Shown here: piece after piece, positions 9,855-19,632 of the stretch
How positions within the stretch are numbered: the stretch's first letter is position 1
How the letters are laid out: every line of letters starts with the position of its first letter
Assembly: GCA_965208325.1 (NCBI GenBank)
Contig: OZ242326.1
Location: 1,888,001-1,952,000, forward strand
Length of the DNA: 64,000 nt
Origin: Candidatus Poribacteria bacterium
GTDB taxonomy: Bacteria; Poribacteria; WGA-4E; PCPOR2b
Reading direction: 5' to 3'
Notes under the pieces: model-generated
Databases searched by the model: none
What the model was told of the DNA's origin: nothing
What the model saw: only the letters and a program-made list of their open reading frames with translations
Translations under genes and position numbers: made by a program

Positions 9855-11720
9855 TTAGTCGATTCGCCGCCGTTGATAGAGCCACCACTCGACGGCGCTC
9901 AGGGCGACGGCAAGAAAGATTAGATAAATCCACGGCGGGTAACGCAGCAGGGCGGAGCCGCCGAGTCCGACCATCTCCTCGTCCAGTAAGTCTTCGATCG
10001 ACGGTGTTACACCGATTTGCGATTCCGATTCGTCCGTGAGGTTGACTGCCCAGACCTCCTCGTTCGCACCGACCTTTAGTTCATAGAAACCGGAGACGGA
10101 CGTCTGATCGAAGAGCAGTTGGCCGTCCTCAACCGCAACTTCCGTTTGCCCGCCCGACGGGGCGGTAATGGCAGCCGTTTTTACCGTGGAAGGAACCTGC
10201 TCGCTCAAAATCTCGCCCGTTTGAAGGTGGAAGTCTTCGATTGCTGATCCGCTACGAAACCACTGAATGGTGTTGGCAATAATCACCGGAAAGGCGATGC
10301 GGAGCGGCAGATCCGATTTCAGGATGTCGATGGCAGCAAATACAATTTTGCGATTTGCGGTAGAATCAACAATCAACAACGGGTCGTCAAAAGAACGCAC
10401 CAGGACTTTGGCGTGCGGGGGCGGTGTGACCTGATAGGCTTCCCCGATTAGGACGTTGTCGAGTTGGACGTAGCGGAGGATGGGATGACCGCGCGCCCAA
10501 TCGGTAACAATGGGCGATTCGAGCGGTTCTCCAATCTCCCACATGGCACCGTCTTTCGGCGGATAGATGAACATATAATTGCCATCGCCGAGTTCGGGCG
10601 GGCTGTACCGGTCAAAAATCGTCACGCCCCCACTGACGGGATCGTATTGATCTGGATTAATGACCGTTACATCCAACTTTTCATCAACGGCGAGCGCATT
10701 TTCGAGGAATGTGTTACCGCGCGTGACGAGCAGGACAGGGATTTGCTCACGTTTGGGCAAGGCGGCGTAAGCGACGTTGTCGGTAGCGAGCGCATCATCG
10801 ACATTGATTGCGGCTTTTAGCCGGCCGCCTTCGAAAGTGAAATTGCTGAAGATTTCAGATTTGTCTTCGCCGGCGGCTAGCGTATAGGGGCGGACATCGA
10901 GGAGATTGTCGTTGAGATAGAGTTCCACGTTGAACGACTTTTCCACCTCTGAATTGTTGGCAACCGTTAACAAGGTCTGATAGTCGAAGGCGTTGACAAG
11001 GCTCTTCCGCACCCGAAACTGCGTGATTCCGACGTTATCGCTCACCGTGTCCGCAACCGGCATCAGGTGCAGCTTGACGTGGGGCGGCGGGTTTTGGAGC
11101 ATATCCGCGACCTGCTCACCCTGATGGGTTGCGCCTATCGCAAAGTCGCTGAAAACTACAATTTCGGGATTAGTATTGGTCTGCGTTACGGAATAGGCGA
11201 GCGACAGCGCGGGCGCCAAATCGGTCTTTACATCGGTAGGTTGAATCGCCTCAATGGCGGCGCGCAGGGATTTTTGATGGTTGGTGAACGGGCTTTGAAT
11301 GATAGGCTGCGTGTGGCAACTGATGACCATCATTTCATCAATATAGCGGAGATTATCTACAAGTTTCAGCGCATGTTCTTTAGCAGATTCGAGGCGTGTC
11401 TGCGTGTCGCCGCGGGTGTTCATGCTGGCAGAATGGTCGATGATTAGCACCATCTGACGCGCCAGTTTTGTCATGAATCCGAACTGCGGCCGAGCAATTG
11501 CGAGGACGAGCAGCGCTAGGAACAACAGCTGGAGAAGGAGAGATAACAGGTGTTTTAGTTTTTGGAATAGGGAGGTGGTTTGCCGCTCTTTGAAAATCTG
11601 TTCCCAGAACATCAGGGTGGAGACGGGCTCGCGGCGGCGGCGCAGTTTGAGGATGTAGAGGGCAACGATTGGAGCGGCGATGCCAAATAGGAATAGTGCG
11701 GTTGGGGATAGGAAGTTCAT
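9855..11720 (-). CDS. BatA N-terminal + VWA domain membrane protein
   Basis: BatA-like N-terminus (PIVALYILKLRRR..VSTLMFW...LAIARP), MIDAS motif DHSASM, VFSD and C-terminal TM ending AVEWWL. Confidence 0.88.
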   Translation of the reverse strand: MNFLSPTALFLFGIAAPIVALYILKLRRRREPVSTLMFWEQIFKERQTTSLFQKLKHLLSLLLQLLFLALLVLAIARPQFGFMTKLARQMVLIIDHSASMNTRGDTQTRLESAKEHALKLVDNLRYIDEMMVISCHTQPIIQSPFTNHQKSLRAAIEAIQPTDVKTDLAPALSLAYSVTQTNTNPEIVVFSDFAIGATHQGEQVADMLQNPPPHVKLHLMPVADTVSDNVGITQFRVRKSLVNAFDYQTLLTVANNSEVEKSFNVELYLNDNLLDVRPYTLAAGEDKSEIFSNFTFEGGRLKAAINVDDALATDNVAYAALPKREQIPVLLVTRGNTFLENALAVDEKLDVTVINPDQYDPVSGGVTIFDRYSPPELGDGNYMFIYPPKDGAMWEIGEPLESPIVTDWARGHPILRYVQLDNVLIGEAYQVTPPPHAKVLVRSFDDPLLIVDSTANRKIVFAAIDILKSDLPLRIAFPVIIANTIQWFRSGSAIEDFHLQTGEILSEQVPSTVKTAAITAPSGGQTEVAVEDGQLLFDQTSVSGFYELKVGANEEVWAVNLTDESESQIGVTPSIEDLLDEEMVGLGGSALLRYPPWIYLIFLAVALSAVEWWLYQRRRID

Positions 11721-11807
11721 AATATTGAGTGGATATTTTTAATGTTTTTGTTCAATGTGGGGTACGATACGTTATACACCTGCCGCCCGGATGGGGCTAT
11801 GGCTACG

Positions 11808-12125
11808 GGCGCGGCAAGATGCCGCGCCTACGGGGGGCGACGGGCGCGGTGATTTGGGCAACCGCAAGGGTTGCCCCTACAGAATATGTATCCGATGTAG
11901 GGGTAGCCGCTATAACCGTTGGATATTCTATCGCATACGCTATTCGTTCAGTTAGTCCTATTTAGTTGCTTGGTTCCGCGAAATTCTTTACGCCAGCGAA
12001 GAGCGCGGCAAGATGCCGCGCCTACAGGGGGCGGCCGCACACACGCCGAAAGATAAACCGCATACGGAGGGCGGCTGCCACATGCGCGGCAAGATGCCGC
12101 GCCTACAGAGGGCGGTGGCACACAC
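11808..12125. repeat. Cluster of GTAG-family REP palindromes
   Basis: Three GCGCGGCAAGATGCCGCGCCTAC copies plus GGGCAACCGCAAGGGTTGCCCCTAC. Confidence 0.85.
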
Positions 12126-12140
12126 GCCTGGCTCCGAGGA

Positions 12141-13037
12141 TTAGGACACAAACCCGCCCATTCGAAAGATGCGCAAGATGAGTTCATCAAAAGGCAATTC
12201 CGTGGCTGTGCGGATGAATCCTATTTCACGCTGCACACAGTAGCGGTCGAGGTCGCCGCAATACTTCTGGAACAGCGTTTTGTATCGTTTGAGGTGGCTT
12301 TCGTTGATAGTGACGGGACGAAGCTGATTCGTTTCCATATCGACGAGGTGGTAGTCACCGAGCAATTCGGGATTCACCTCTTTGTCGTCAACGATGTGGA
12401 TTAAGAATAGGTCGTGTTTCTGAAATTTTAACACGTTTAGCCCGTCGGTAAATCCGCGCGGATCAAAAAGGTCCGAGATTAGCACTACCAATCCGCGGCG
12501 TTTGGCGGTGTGCACAAAGTTGCTGAAAGCGGTTTGAAGATTGGTTTCGCCAGCGCCGCCGATCCGATCGAGGAAATCGAGCACCGTAAAGATTTTGCCC
12601 TTCCCGCGCTCCGTCGGCAGCCGATTCAGGTCTGCTTCGGTAAAGGCGGTGATGCTGACGCGGTCGAGATTCGACAAGCCGATATAGGCGAGCGCGGCAG
12701 CGACACGTTTGGCGTACAGCAATTTCTGGGGGTCGCCGTAGGTCATTGACCGGCTGGCATCCACGAGAAAGTAGATGTGTAGGTCCTCGCGTTCTTCATA
12801 GAGTTTCAGCAGGAGTTCGTCGAACCGAGCGAAGGCGTTCCAGTCGATATAACGGAAATCGTCGCCGGCGGTATAGTTACGGTAGTCGGCGAACTCGACG
12901 CTCACGCCGCGGCGAGTGCTGCGGCGTTCGGCCTTGATTCTGCCGGCGAAAATCTTTTTCGAGACGATGTAGAGGTATTCCAGTTTTTTCAGAAATTCGC
13001 TGTCAAAGGCGGATTGGGTAGATTGAGTTTCGTTCAT
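12141..13037 (-). CDS. DUF58 domain protein (MoxR-associated)
   Basis: Motifs GVSVEFADYRNY..GDDFRYIDWN, DASRSM and ISDL. Start placed at ATG 13037. Confidence 0.92.
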   Translation of the reverse strand: MNETQSTQSAFDSEFLKKLEYLYIVSKKIFAGRIKAERRSTRRGVSVEFADYRNYTAGDDFRYIDWNAFARFDELLLKLYEEREDLHIYFLVDASRSMTYGDPQKLLYAKRVAAALAYIGLSNLDRVSITAFTEADLNRLPTERGKGKIFTVLDFLDRIGGAGETNLQTAFSNFVHTAKRRGLVVLISDLFDPRGFTDGLNVLKFQKHDLFLIHIVDDKEVNPELLGDYHLVDMETNQLRPVTINESHLKRYKTLFQKYCGDLDRYCVQREIGFIRTATELPFDELILRIFRMGGFVS

Positions 13038-13077
13038 GGCGAGGCAGCCTCTTGAAATGTAGGTTGCGCAATCGTCG

Positions 13078-14172
13078 TCACTCTGAACTTCGGCGGCTTC
13101 GGCGACCGATGATGACAACACCAGCGACAATCACTAAACCGATAATCAACAGCCATATCAGCGAACCGGATTCGTGTTTGTGCGATTCAGGTTCTTCTTC
13201 AGCCGTTTTCGACGGAACCTTGTCATCGCCGCCGAATAGCCTCTTCAAGAACGAACCGAGGGACGCCTTTTTGGACATTTTCATCGCCACCGACTGATCG
13301 CCGCCAGCGGTAACTGTCATTGGTTTACCTAGACGGTCTCCGTACCCCTCTTTAGTGAAGTCCACCAGGTAGCGGCCGCTAGGCAATCCGATTATCACGA
13401 ATTCTCCGTTAATGCCGGTCTGCGTTTCGTATTCGATGCCGGCAGGATTGACGGCAACCACTCGGACGCCTTCAATCGGGTTTTGCAGTGATGAGGTGTC
13501 AGTGACGCTTCCGCGTATGGTACCCATTTTAGACATCTCCATCTGCACATACTGGTCGCCACCCGCAGCAGCGGTAATCGGCTTGCCGACGCGCGATTTG
13601 TAACCGTATTTAGTGTAGTTCATCAGGTAGCGGCCGGGAGGCAAATGTATGATTTCGTACTCACCGTTGCTGTCTGTCAGTGTTTCATGTTCGATGCCAT
13701 CAGCATTAACGGCAACCACGCGGACGCCTTCAAGCGGGTTTGCAAACGGTGAGGTGTCAAGGACCATCCCGCGTACGATGCCAGTTTTGGACATTATTTC
13801 CGCATTCAAGGCGGGGTCTACCATGGCTATAGCCATCTCTCCCTTTTTCGACATCATCCGCGAAATATATTGAATGCCGCCGGCAGTAACTGTAATTGGC
13901 TTATCGGCACGCCTTTCGTACCCCTCCTTCGTGAAGCTCATCAGGTAGCGGCGGGGAGTTAAGCCGGCGATGTTAAACTCGCCCTTGCTATCTGTCAGCG
14001 TTTCATGTTCGACGCCATCGGTGCTATCGACAACGACACGAACGCCTTCGAGCGGGATTCCGGCGTGTGTGACAGTTCCCTTCACGGCGCCGGTTGTGGT
14101 ATTTTGAGCGACCACGGGCGTTAGCATGACCACCAGACTGCATAGGGTTAGTATTAGGTACAACCGTTTCAT
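13078..14172 (-). CDS. Secreted, membrane-anchored protein with three carboxypeptidase-regulatory-like domains
   Basis: Signal peptide, three repeats of G.V.D...P(L/I)EGVRVV...T...GE(F/Y).I..L..GRY...K.GY, then a C-terminal TM helix and basic tail. Confidence 0.85.
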   Translation of the reverse strand: MKRLYLILTLCSLVVMLTPVVAQNTTTGAVKGTVTHAGIPLEGVRVVVDSTDGVEHETLTDSKGEFNIAGLTPRRYLMSFTKEGYERRADKPITVTAGGIQYISRMMSKKGEMAIAMVDPALNAEIMSKTGIVRGMVLDTSPFANPLEGVRVVAVNADGIEHETLTDSNGEYEIIHLPPGRYLMNYTKYGYKSRVGKPITAAAGGDQYVQMEMSKMGTIRGSVTDTSSLQNPIEGVRVVAVNPAGIEYETQTGINGEFVIIGLPSGRYLVDFTKEGYGDRLGKPMTVTAGGDQSVAMKMSKKASLGSFLKRLFGGDDKVPSKTAEEEPESHKHESGSLIWLLIIGLVIVAGVVIIGRRSRRSSE

Positions 14173-14214
14173 GATTTCCTCCGTATATCTAATTTGAAAT
14201 TACTGTGTAACCGT

Positions 14215-16416
14215 TTATTCCGTTGATTCCAACAGGGCGGGTACTTTCCACAGCAGAACGGTTCCATCGTCCGAAGCTGATGCGAGCATGCCGCCATCTG
14301 CCGCAAACACTATCTTTCTAATTGTGCCGCCATGCCCGTGAAGCGCAGTGATTGGCTGTCCAGTCTTACCGTCCCAAAGGCGAAGGGAAACATCACCCGA
14401 TCCGCCCGAGGCAAGTATGGCGCCATCGGGTGAAAATGCGACTGCGAAGACATACCACATATGCGGCAGCACGGCGATTATTTTTCCAGTTTGGACTTCC
14501 CACAGTCTGACCGTTCTGTCCTTTAAACCGGCTGAAGCGAGTTTAGTTTCATCGGGCGAGAACGCCATAGCGTAGACCGCGTCCGTATGCCCCACGAGCG
14601 CGGCAATTTTTAATCCTCTGTCAGTGTTCCATAAGCTGATGGTGTTTTCCCTTGACGGCAAAGCCAGTATCTTACCGCTGGGAGAGAACGCAATATAACG
14701 CACCGAATACACCCGTGCATTAGGTGTGGCAACTGTTAATCCCCTTTCTACATTCCACAGTTTAATCACTTTGCCCCCCGATTGATTTTGTGCTGTTGAC
14801 AGCGTAACGGCCCTTGCGCCGTTGGGTGAGAATTTCACGTCGGTGACTGCTCCCATTCCGCCGCTCAGTATGCCGCGCAATCGTCCGGTTTCGATTTCCC
14901 ACAGCCTGACCGTTCCGTTATCTGACCCCAAAGCTAGAATGGCGCCGTCGGCGGAGTAAGCGACCGCGGAGACCTTACCTGTATGCTCTTGCAGTTCAGC
15001 GATGACACGTCCCGCGGCGGTTTCCCGCAGTTGGGGCGGCGAGCCATCCTGCCAAGCGACAGCTAGTCTCGGATTTCTTGGATTCGTGTATTTGGGAAGC
15101 GTGTCGAGATAATTTCCTGTCTCGATATCCCATAGTCTGATTTTATCGCTAGACTCGGATGTGATTTTCGCACCGTCTGCCAGAAACCAAATATCGTCAA
15201 TGGGTCCCATGTGTTCGGGCAGCGAAGCAATCTCTTGATAGCGTTTAATCTCTCCATTTGGAGAAGGTGTAGGCGTTAACGCCCACAATTTGACCGACCG
15301 GTTCCAGCCGGGATCGGCAGGCGGCGATGATTTCCACCGTTTATTTAATCCGCCGCCACTTGACGCGGAAGCGAGCATTGCGCCGCCTGGGGAGAAAGCG
15401 ACGGAATAGACGCCTCCCTCATGTCCATGTAATGCGACAGTTGGCCGTGCAAAGGTTCCGGCTACTTTTTCGGATGAAGCGTTCAGGCGCGTTGAAGGGC
15501 GACCGTGAACCGCCCAGAGTATGACTTGGCTATCCGCCGACGCCGCGGCGAGTATGCTTCCATCGGGCGAAAACCTTACTGCATCAACCCAGCTACTTTT
15601 TTTTCCTCCCAGTCCGTGCAGCACACCAGAATTTCGTTTGGTTTTCACATCCCAAAGGTTAACCCCTTCAGGAGACCCTGCAGCCAGTATTTTCCCGTCC
15701 GGTGAAAATGCGACCGACTCGACTAATCCCGTATCCCCCCGCAGTGTTGCTATATGCCGCCTCGTCACAAATCTTTTGAATCGAGCGGCGATACTACGTC
15801 TGGTGCCTACATCCCATAATTTGACGGTGTCATCCCCTGACCCGGAGGCGAGCATGGCGCCATCCGGCGAGAATATGACAGAGGAAACTTCTTTACCATG
15901 GCCGTTAATGGTTGCAATATCAACGGCGGACTCTACATTCCACAGTTTAATCCTCCCGTCCTGGTCCCCGGACGCGATCGTCTTGCCGTCCGGAGAAAAG
16001 GCGATTGCCCTAATCCCAGAACGCACCCGGCGGTTGTACTCAATGAGTGTAGCGATGTTTTTCTGTGTCTTTACATCCCAAAGCTCGATTAGGCCCACCC
16101 CCGTTGACGCGAGAATCGCCCCATCCGGCGAAAACGCGACATTATTTACGCCGCCACTGTTGTTCCCGATGAGCCGCGCAATTTCGCGGGTTGTCTTTAC
16201 ATCGTAGAGCGATACGCCGATGGCGGTGGCTACGGCGAGCGTCTGTCCATCCGGCGAAAATTCAACCGCGCGGTCACCGTGACCGACAGCGCCTTTTCCC
16301 AGGCGGATAGGCGGTCCGAAATCCGCCGCCAGACATTGTTGGACAACACCGCCGGGAACGATTGTAGAAACGACAACCAATAGGACAAGCGTAAAATGAG
16401 GCGCACGCGCAGTCAT
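14215..16416 (-). CDS. Secreted WD40 repeat protein
   Basis: More than 10 GH..V..VAFSPDG..LASG..D..V.LW repeats and a hydrophobic N-terminus. Start 16416 has an AAGGA RBS; the longest ORF starts at 16530. Confidence 0.92.
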   Translation of the reverse strand: MTARAPHFTLVLLVVVSTIVPGGVVQQCLAADFGPPIRLGKGAVGHGDRAVEFSPDGQTLAVATAIGVSLYDVKTTREIARLIGNNSGGVNNVAFSPDGAILASTGVGLIELWDVKTQKNIATLIEYNRRVRSGIRAIAFSPDGKTIASGDQDGRIKLWNVESAVDIATINGHGKEVSSVIFSPDGAMLASGSGDDTVKLWDVGTRRSIAARFKRFVTRRHIATLRGDTGLVESVAFSPDGKILAAGSPEGVNLWDVKTKRNSGVLHGLGGKKSSWVDAVRFSPDGSILAAASADSQVILWAVHGRPSTRLNASSEKVAGTFARPTVALHGHEGGVYSVAFSPGGAMLASASSGGGLNKRWKSSPPADPGWNRSVKLWALTPTPSPNGEIKRYQEIASLPEHMGPIDDIWFLADGAKITSESSDKIRLWDIETGNYLDTLPKYTNPRNPRLAVAWQDGSPPQLRETAAGRVIAELQEHTGKVSAVAYSADGAILALGSDNGTVRLWEIETGRLRGILSGGMGAVTDVKFSPNGARAVTLSTAQNQSGGKVIKLWNVERGLTVATPNARVYSVRYIAFSPSGKILALPSRENTISLWNTDRGLKIAALVGHTDAVYAMAFSPDETKLASAGLKDRTVRLWEVQTGKIIAVLPHMWYVFAVAFSPDGAILASGGSGDVSLRLWDGKTGQPITALHGHGGTIRKIVFAADGGMLASASDDGTVLLWKVPALLESTE

Positions 16417-16567
16417 TGACGGTTCCTTAACCACAATCTTTAGCGTATGTTTGAGTAATAGGCGGAAAAGCCAGGCTTGGGCGGCTGAGCCGTTGTAATC
16501 GTTGAATTTTCTATTGCGCTTTCTATTCATCCGTTTGATTAGGCCAAATGCGTCGCTCTAGCATTGG

Positions 16568-16872
16568 GCGCGGCAAGATGCCGCACCTGCAGGGCCTCGC
16601 GGCGCACGCGCGGCAACATGCCGCGAATACAAGGCCTCGCGGCGCACGCGCGGCTAGATGCCGCGAATACAAAGCCTCGCGGCGAACGTACGGCAACATG
16701 CCGCGAATACAGGGCGTCGTGGCACACGCGTGACAAGATGCCGCGCCTACAGGGCGTCGCGGCACACGCGCGGCTAGATGCCGCGCCTACAGGGCGTCGT
16801 GGCGCACGAACGCCAAGATACCGCGAATACAAGGCGTCGCGGCGAACGCGCGGCAAGATGCCGCGCCTACAG
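16568..16872. repeat. Tandem array of 8 REP units, exact 40-bp period
   Basis: Variants of GCGCGGCAAGATGCCGCG(CC/AA)TAA-type unit (consensus ...GCCGCGCCTACAGGGCGTCGCGGCGCAC) start at 16568, 16608, 16648, 16688, 16728, 16768, 16808 and 16848. Confidence 0.92.
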
Positions 16873-16884
16873 GTTGCGGCGGTG

Positions 16885-17868
16885 TTATTGGATTTCCTCC
16901 AGCAGGTGTTGGATAATTCCGTCGGGGTCGATTCCTTCAGCTTCGCCCTCGAAGTTGAGTATTAAACGGTGGCGAAGGCTTGATAATGCCACGGCTTGAA
17001 TGTCTTCGCGGGCAACGTTGTAGCGGTCGTCAAGGATTGCCCTGACCTTGCCGCCAAGAATCAACGCTTGGGCACCGCGGGGGCTTGAACCGTAGCGGAC
17101 ATATTTTTTAGTTAGCTCGGGAGCGTCCGCCGAGTCAGGGTGCGTGCCCAACACAATCCGCAATGCGTACCTGCGGACATCTTCGGCGATGAGGATGTCG
17201 CGGACTATGTGTTCCAGTGCGTTGATTCGCTCCCCATCGCAGACTTTTTCAACGACAGGCATTTCGCGCTTGGTGGTGCGTTCCATCACGAGGTCGAGTT
17301 CGTCGAGGCTCGGATATTCGACCTTAAGTTTGAAAAAGAAGCGGTCGAGTTGGGCTTCAGGGAGTGGATATGTGCCCTCCATTTCCAACGGATTTTGCGT
17401 CGCCATGACAAAGAAGGGGGGTTGCAAGGTATGATGTTTTCCCGCAACGGTGACGGATTTCTCCTGCATGGCTTCAAGGAGCGCAGATTGCGTCTTGGGT
17501 GTGGCGCGGTTGATTTCGTCGGCGAGCACGAGATTGCTAAACACAGGACCGGATTGGAATTCAAAGAATTTGCGTCCGTCCTCGTCTTCGGCGACGACGT
17601 TAGTGCCGATTATGTCGGCGGGCATCAAATCGGGCGTGAATTGAATGCGGGTGAATCCGAGATCGAGCACCTCGTGCAGCGTTCGAATGAGCAGGGTTTT
17701 ACCCAAGCCGGGTACACCCTCCAAGAGTGCGTGTCCTCCGGTCATTAGGCAGATTAATACGCCTTCGACAATTTTCTCTTGTCCGACGATGCGTTTGGAT
17801 ACCTCGTCTTTGATATGATTGAAAACGTCGCGAAATTCTTGGTATTGATGTTCAAGTTCTTCCGACAT
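16885..17868 (-). CDS. moxR: MoxR family AAA+ ATPase
   Basis: Motifs HALLEGVPGLGKT, RIQFTPDLMPAD, LADEINRATPKTQSALLEAMQE and ATQNPLEMEGTYPLPEAQLDRF. Start 17868 has an RBS. Confidence 0.95.
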   Translation of the reverse strand: MSEELEHQYQEFRDVFNHIKDEVSKRIVGQEKIVEGVLICLMTGGHALLEGVPGLGKTLLIRTLHEVLDLGFTRIQFTPDLMPADIIGTNVVAEDEDGRKFFEFQSGPVFSNLVLADEINRATPKTQSALLEAMQEKSVTVAGKHHTLQPPFFVMATQNPLEMEGTYPLPEAQLDRFFFKLKVEYPSLDELDLVMERTTKREMPVVEKVCDGERINALEHIVRDILIAEDVRRYALRIVLGTHPDSADAPELTKKYVRYGSSPRGAQALILGGKVRAILDDRYNVAREDIQAVALSSLRHRLILNFEGEAEGIDPDGIIQHLLEEIQ

Positions 17869-17892
17869 GATTTCCCCCTTCTGAGAGCGATT

Positions 17893-18495
17893 TGGGCAAC
17901 CGCAAGGGTTGCGCCGACAGAATATCCCTTCTATGGTGTTTGAATCGCTATAATCGTTGGAACTTTTGTCGCAATCCCAATTCAGCCGATTGATTCCGCC
18001 GAGTACCTTGCTCCGGCATCGAGCGCGGCAAGATGCCGCGCCTACAAGACGCGGTGACGCACGCCAAGATGCCACGCCGACAAGACGCGGTGACGCGCGG
18101 CAAGATGCCGCGACTACAAGACGCGGTGGCGAATGCGCGGCAAGATGCCGCGCCTACGGCGCGGTTTGGGATTGAACAATTTTCTTTAGAGCATGATTGA
18201 ACAATAGTCGGCAAACCCATTTTTGGATTTCTGTGCCGCTATGACCTGTCGCCCCGCTGGGGCTTTGGTGTAGGATGTATTTGAGTTTCTATATACCTTT
18301 CGCCCCGCTGGGGCTATTTCCTAAGGCAATTGGTGCATTGATATGGGCAACCGCAAGGGTTGCGCCGAGTACCATACTCCGGCATCGGGCGAGGCAAGAT
18401 GCCGCGAATACAAGGCGTGGTGGCGCGCGGCAAGATGCCCAGCCTACAAGCCATGGTGGCGGACGCGCCGCTAGATGCCGCGAATACAGCGCGTG
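17893..18495. repeat. Mixed REP cluster
   Basis: ~36-bp tandem CGGCAAGATGCCG units at 18023-18157, two GGGCAACCGCAAGGGTTGC, two CGCCCCGCTGGGGCT and further units at 18388-18490. Confidence 0.85.
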
Positions 18496-18500
18496 GCGGT

Positions 18501-19520
18501 CTATTTCCAGGCGTCTTCTTGGACGGCATGGGAATCAGCCTTGTTTCGGATGGAGGTCCACCACTTTCGATTTTCGGCGTACCAACGGACTGTGTCTCGG
18601 AGTCCGGATTCAAAATTGACTTGCGGTTCCCAACCGAGTTCGCGCCGAATCTTCGACGAATCCAATAGGTACCGGCGATCGTGACCGGGGCGGTCAGGAA
18701 CGTAAGTTTTTAAGGATTCAGGTTTGTCCAACGCGGTTAAGATTGCGTCGGCAATTTCCTCGATGCTCTGTTCGACGCCGCTGCCGATGTTGTAAGTTTC
18801 GCCGATTTTTCCATTCCGAATAATCAGATCGATGGCGCGGCAGTGATCCAAAACGGCGAGCCATTCCCGCCGGTTTTGGCTGTTGCGGTAGAGCGGCAGC
18901 GGTTTGTCGTCGATGGCGTGCGTTGTAAACAGCGGTATTACCTTTTCCGGGTGCTGATAAGGACCGTAGTTATTTGAACAGTTCGAAATGGTGACGGGGA
19001 GCCGATAGGTTTCGAAATAGGCGCGGACTGCATGGTCTGCGGCGGCTTTGGATGCGTTATACGGCGTGCGAGGACGATAGGGATGGTTCTCCGTGAACTC
19101 TTCGCACGAGTCGAGGGGGAGATCGCCGTAGACCTCGCAAGTGGAGATGTGGTGGAACCGGGCAACCTCATGTTTGCGGGCGAGGTCAAGCAGCGTCTGT
19201 GTGCCCATGACGTTTGTCTCGAAGAAGCGGCGTGGCTGGAAAACAGCGCGGCTGTTGTGGGATTCTGCGGCGAAATTTACAATCACATCGGGATGGAGTT
19301 CCGCCATGAGGCGATCGATGCAGCGATAATCTCCAATGCCGGCATTGACAAAGCGGTATCTATCGGGGCGGCTATCGGCGTCATTTGAGAAGTTTGACGG
19401 ATCGCCCGCGTAGGTTAGGGAATCGATGTTGACAACCGAATCGCTCGGGTGGCGTTCAAGCCAGTATCGGCTGAAATTGCATCCTATGAATCCCGCTCCG
19501 CCAGTAACCCATAGTCTCAT
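18501..19520 (-). CDS. rfbB: dTDP-glucose 4,6-dehydratase
   Basis: Motifs VTGGAGFIG, D.LTYAG, NFAAESH, HISTCEVYG, PYNASKA, SNNYGPYQHPEK and DRPGHDRRY. Confidence 0.93.
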   Translation of the reverse strand: MRLWVTGGAGFIGCNFSRYWLERHPSDSVVNIDSLTYAGDPSNFSNDADSRPDRYRFVNAGIGDYRCIDRLMAELHPDVIVNFAAESHNSRAVFQPRRFFETNVMGTQTLLDLARKHEVARFHHISTCEVYGDLPLDSCEEFTENHPYRPRTPYNASKAAADHAVRAYFETYRLPVTISNCSNNYGPYQHPEKVIPLFTTHAIDDKPLPLYRNSQNRREWLAVLDHCRAIDLIIRNGKIGETYNIGSGVEQSIEEIADAILTALDKPESLKTYVPDRPGHDRRYLLDSSKIRRELGWEPQVNFESGLRDTVRWYAENRKWWTSIRNKADSHAVQEDAWK

Positions 19521-19632
19521 GAAACCATCCTCAACCGCGGGTTGTTTCACGGCATGTTCGGAGATTTAGTTGCACCGCAGCAGCGGTTTGCTTCAGAGCC
19601 ATGATGCGCAGGAAAGCCAATCAGGACATTTC

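Noticed and set aside
16523..16999. Arg/Ala/Cys-rich ORFs over the 40-bp array, or a guide-RNA array
   Set aside because: The period is not a multiple of 3, units are degenerate REP copies without unique spacers, and no adjacent effector gene is present.
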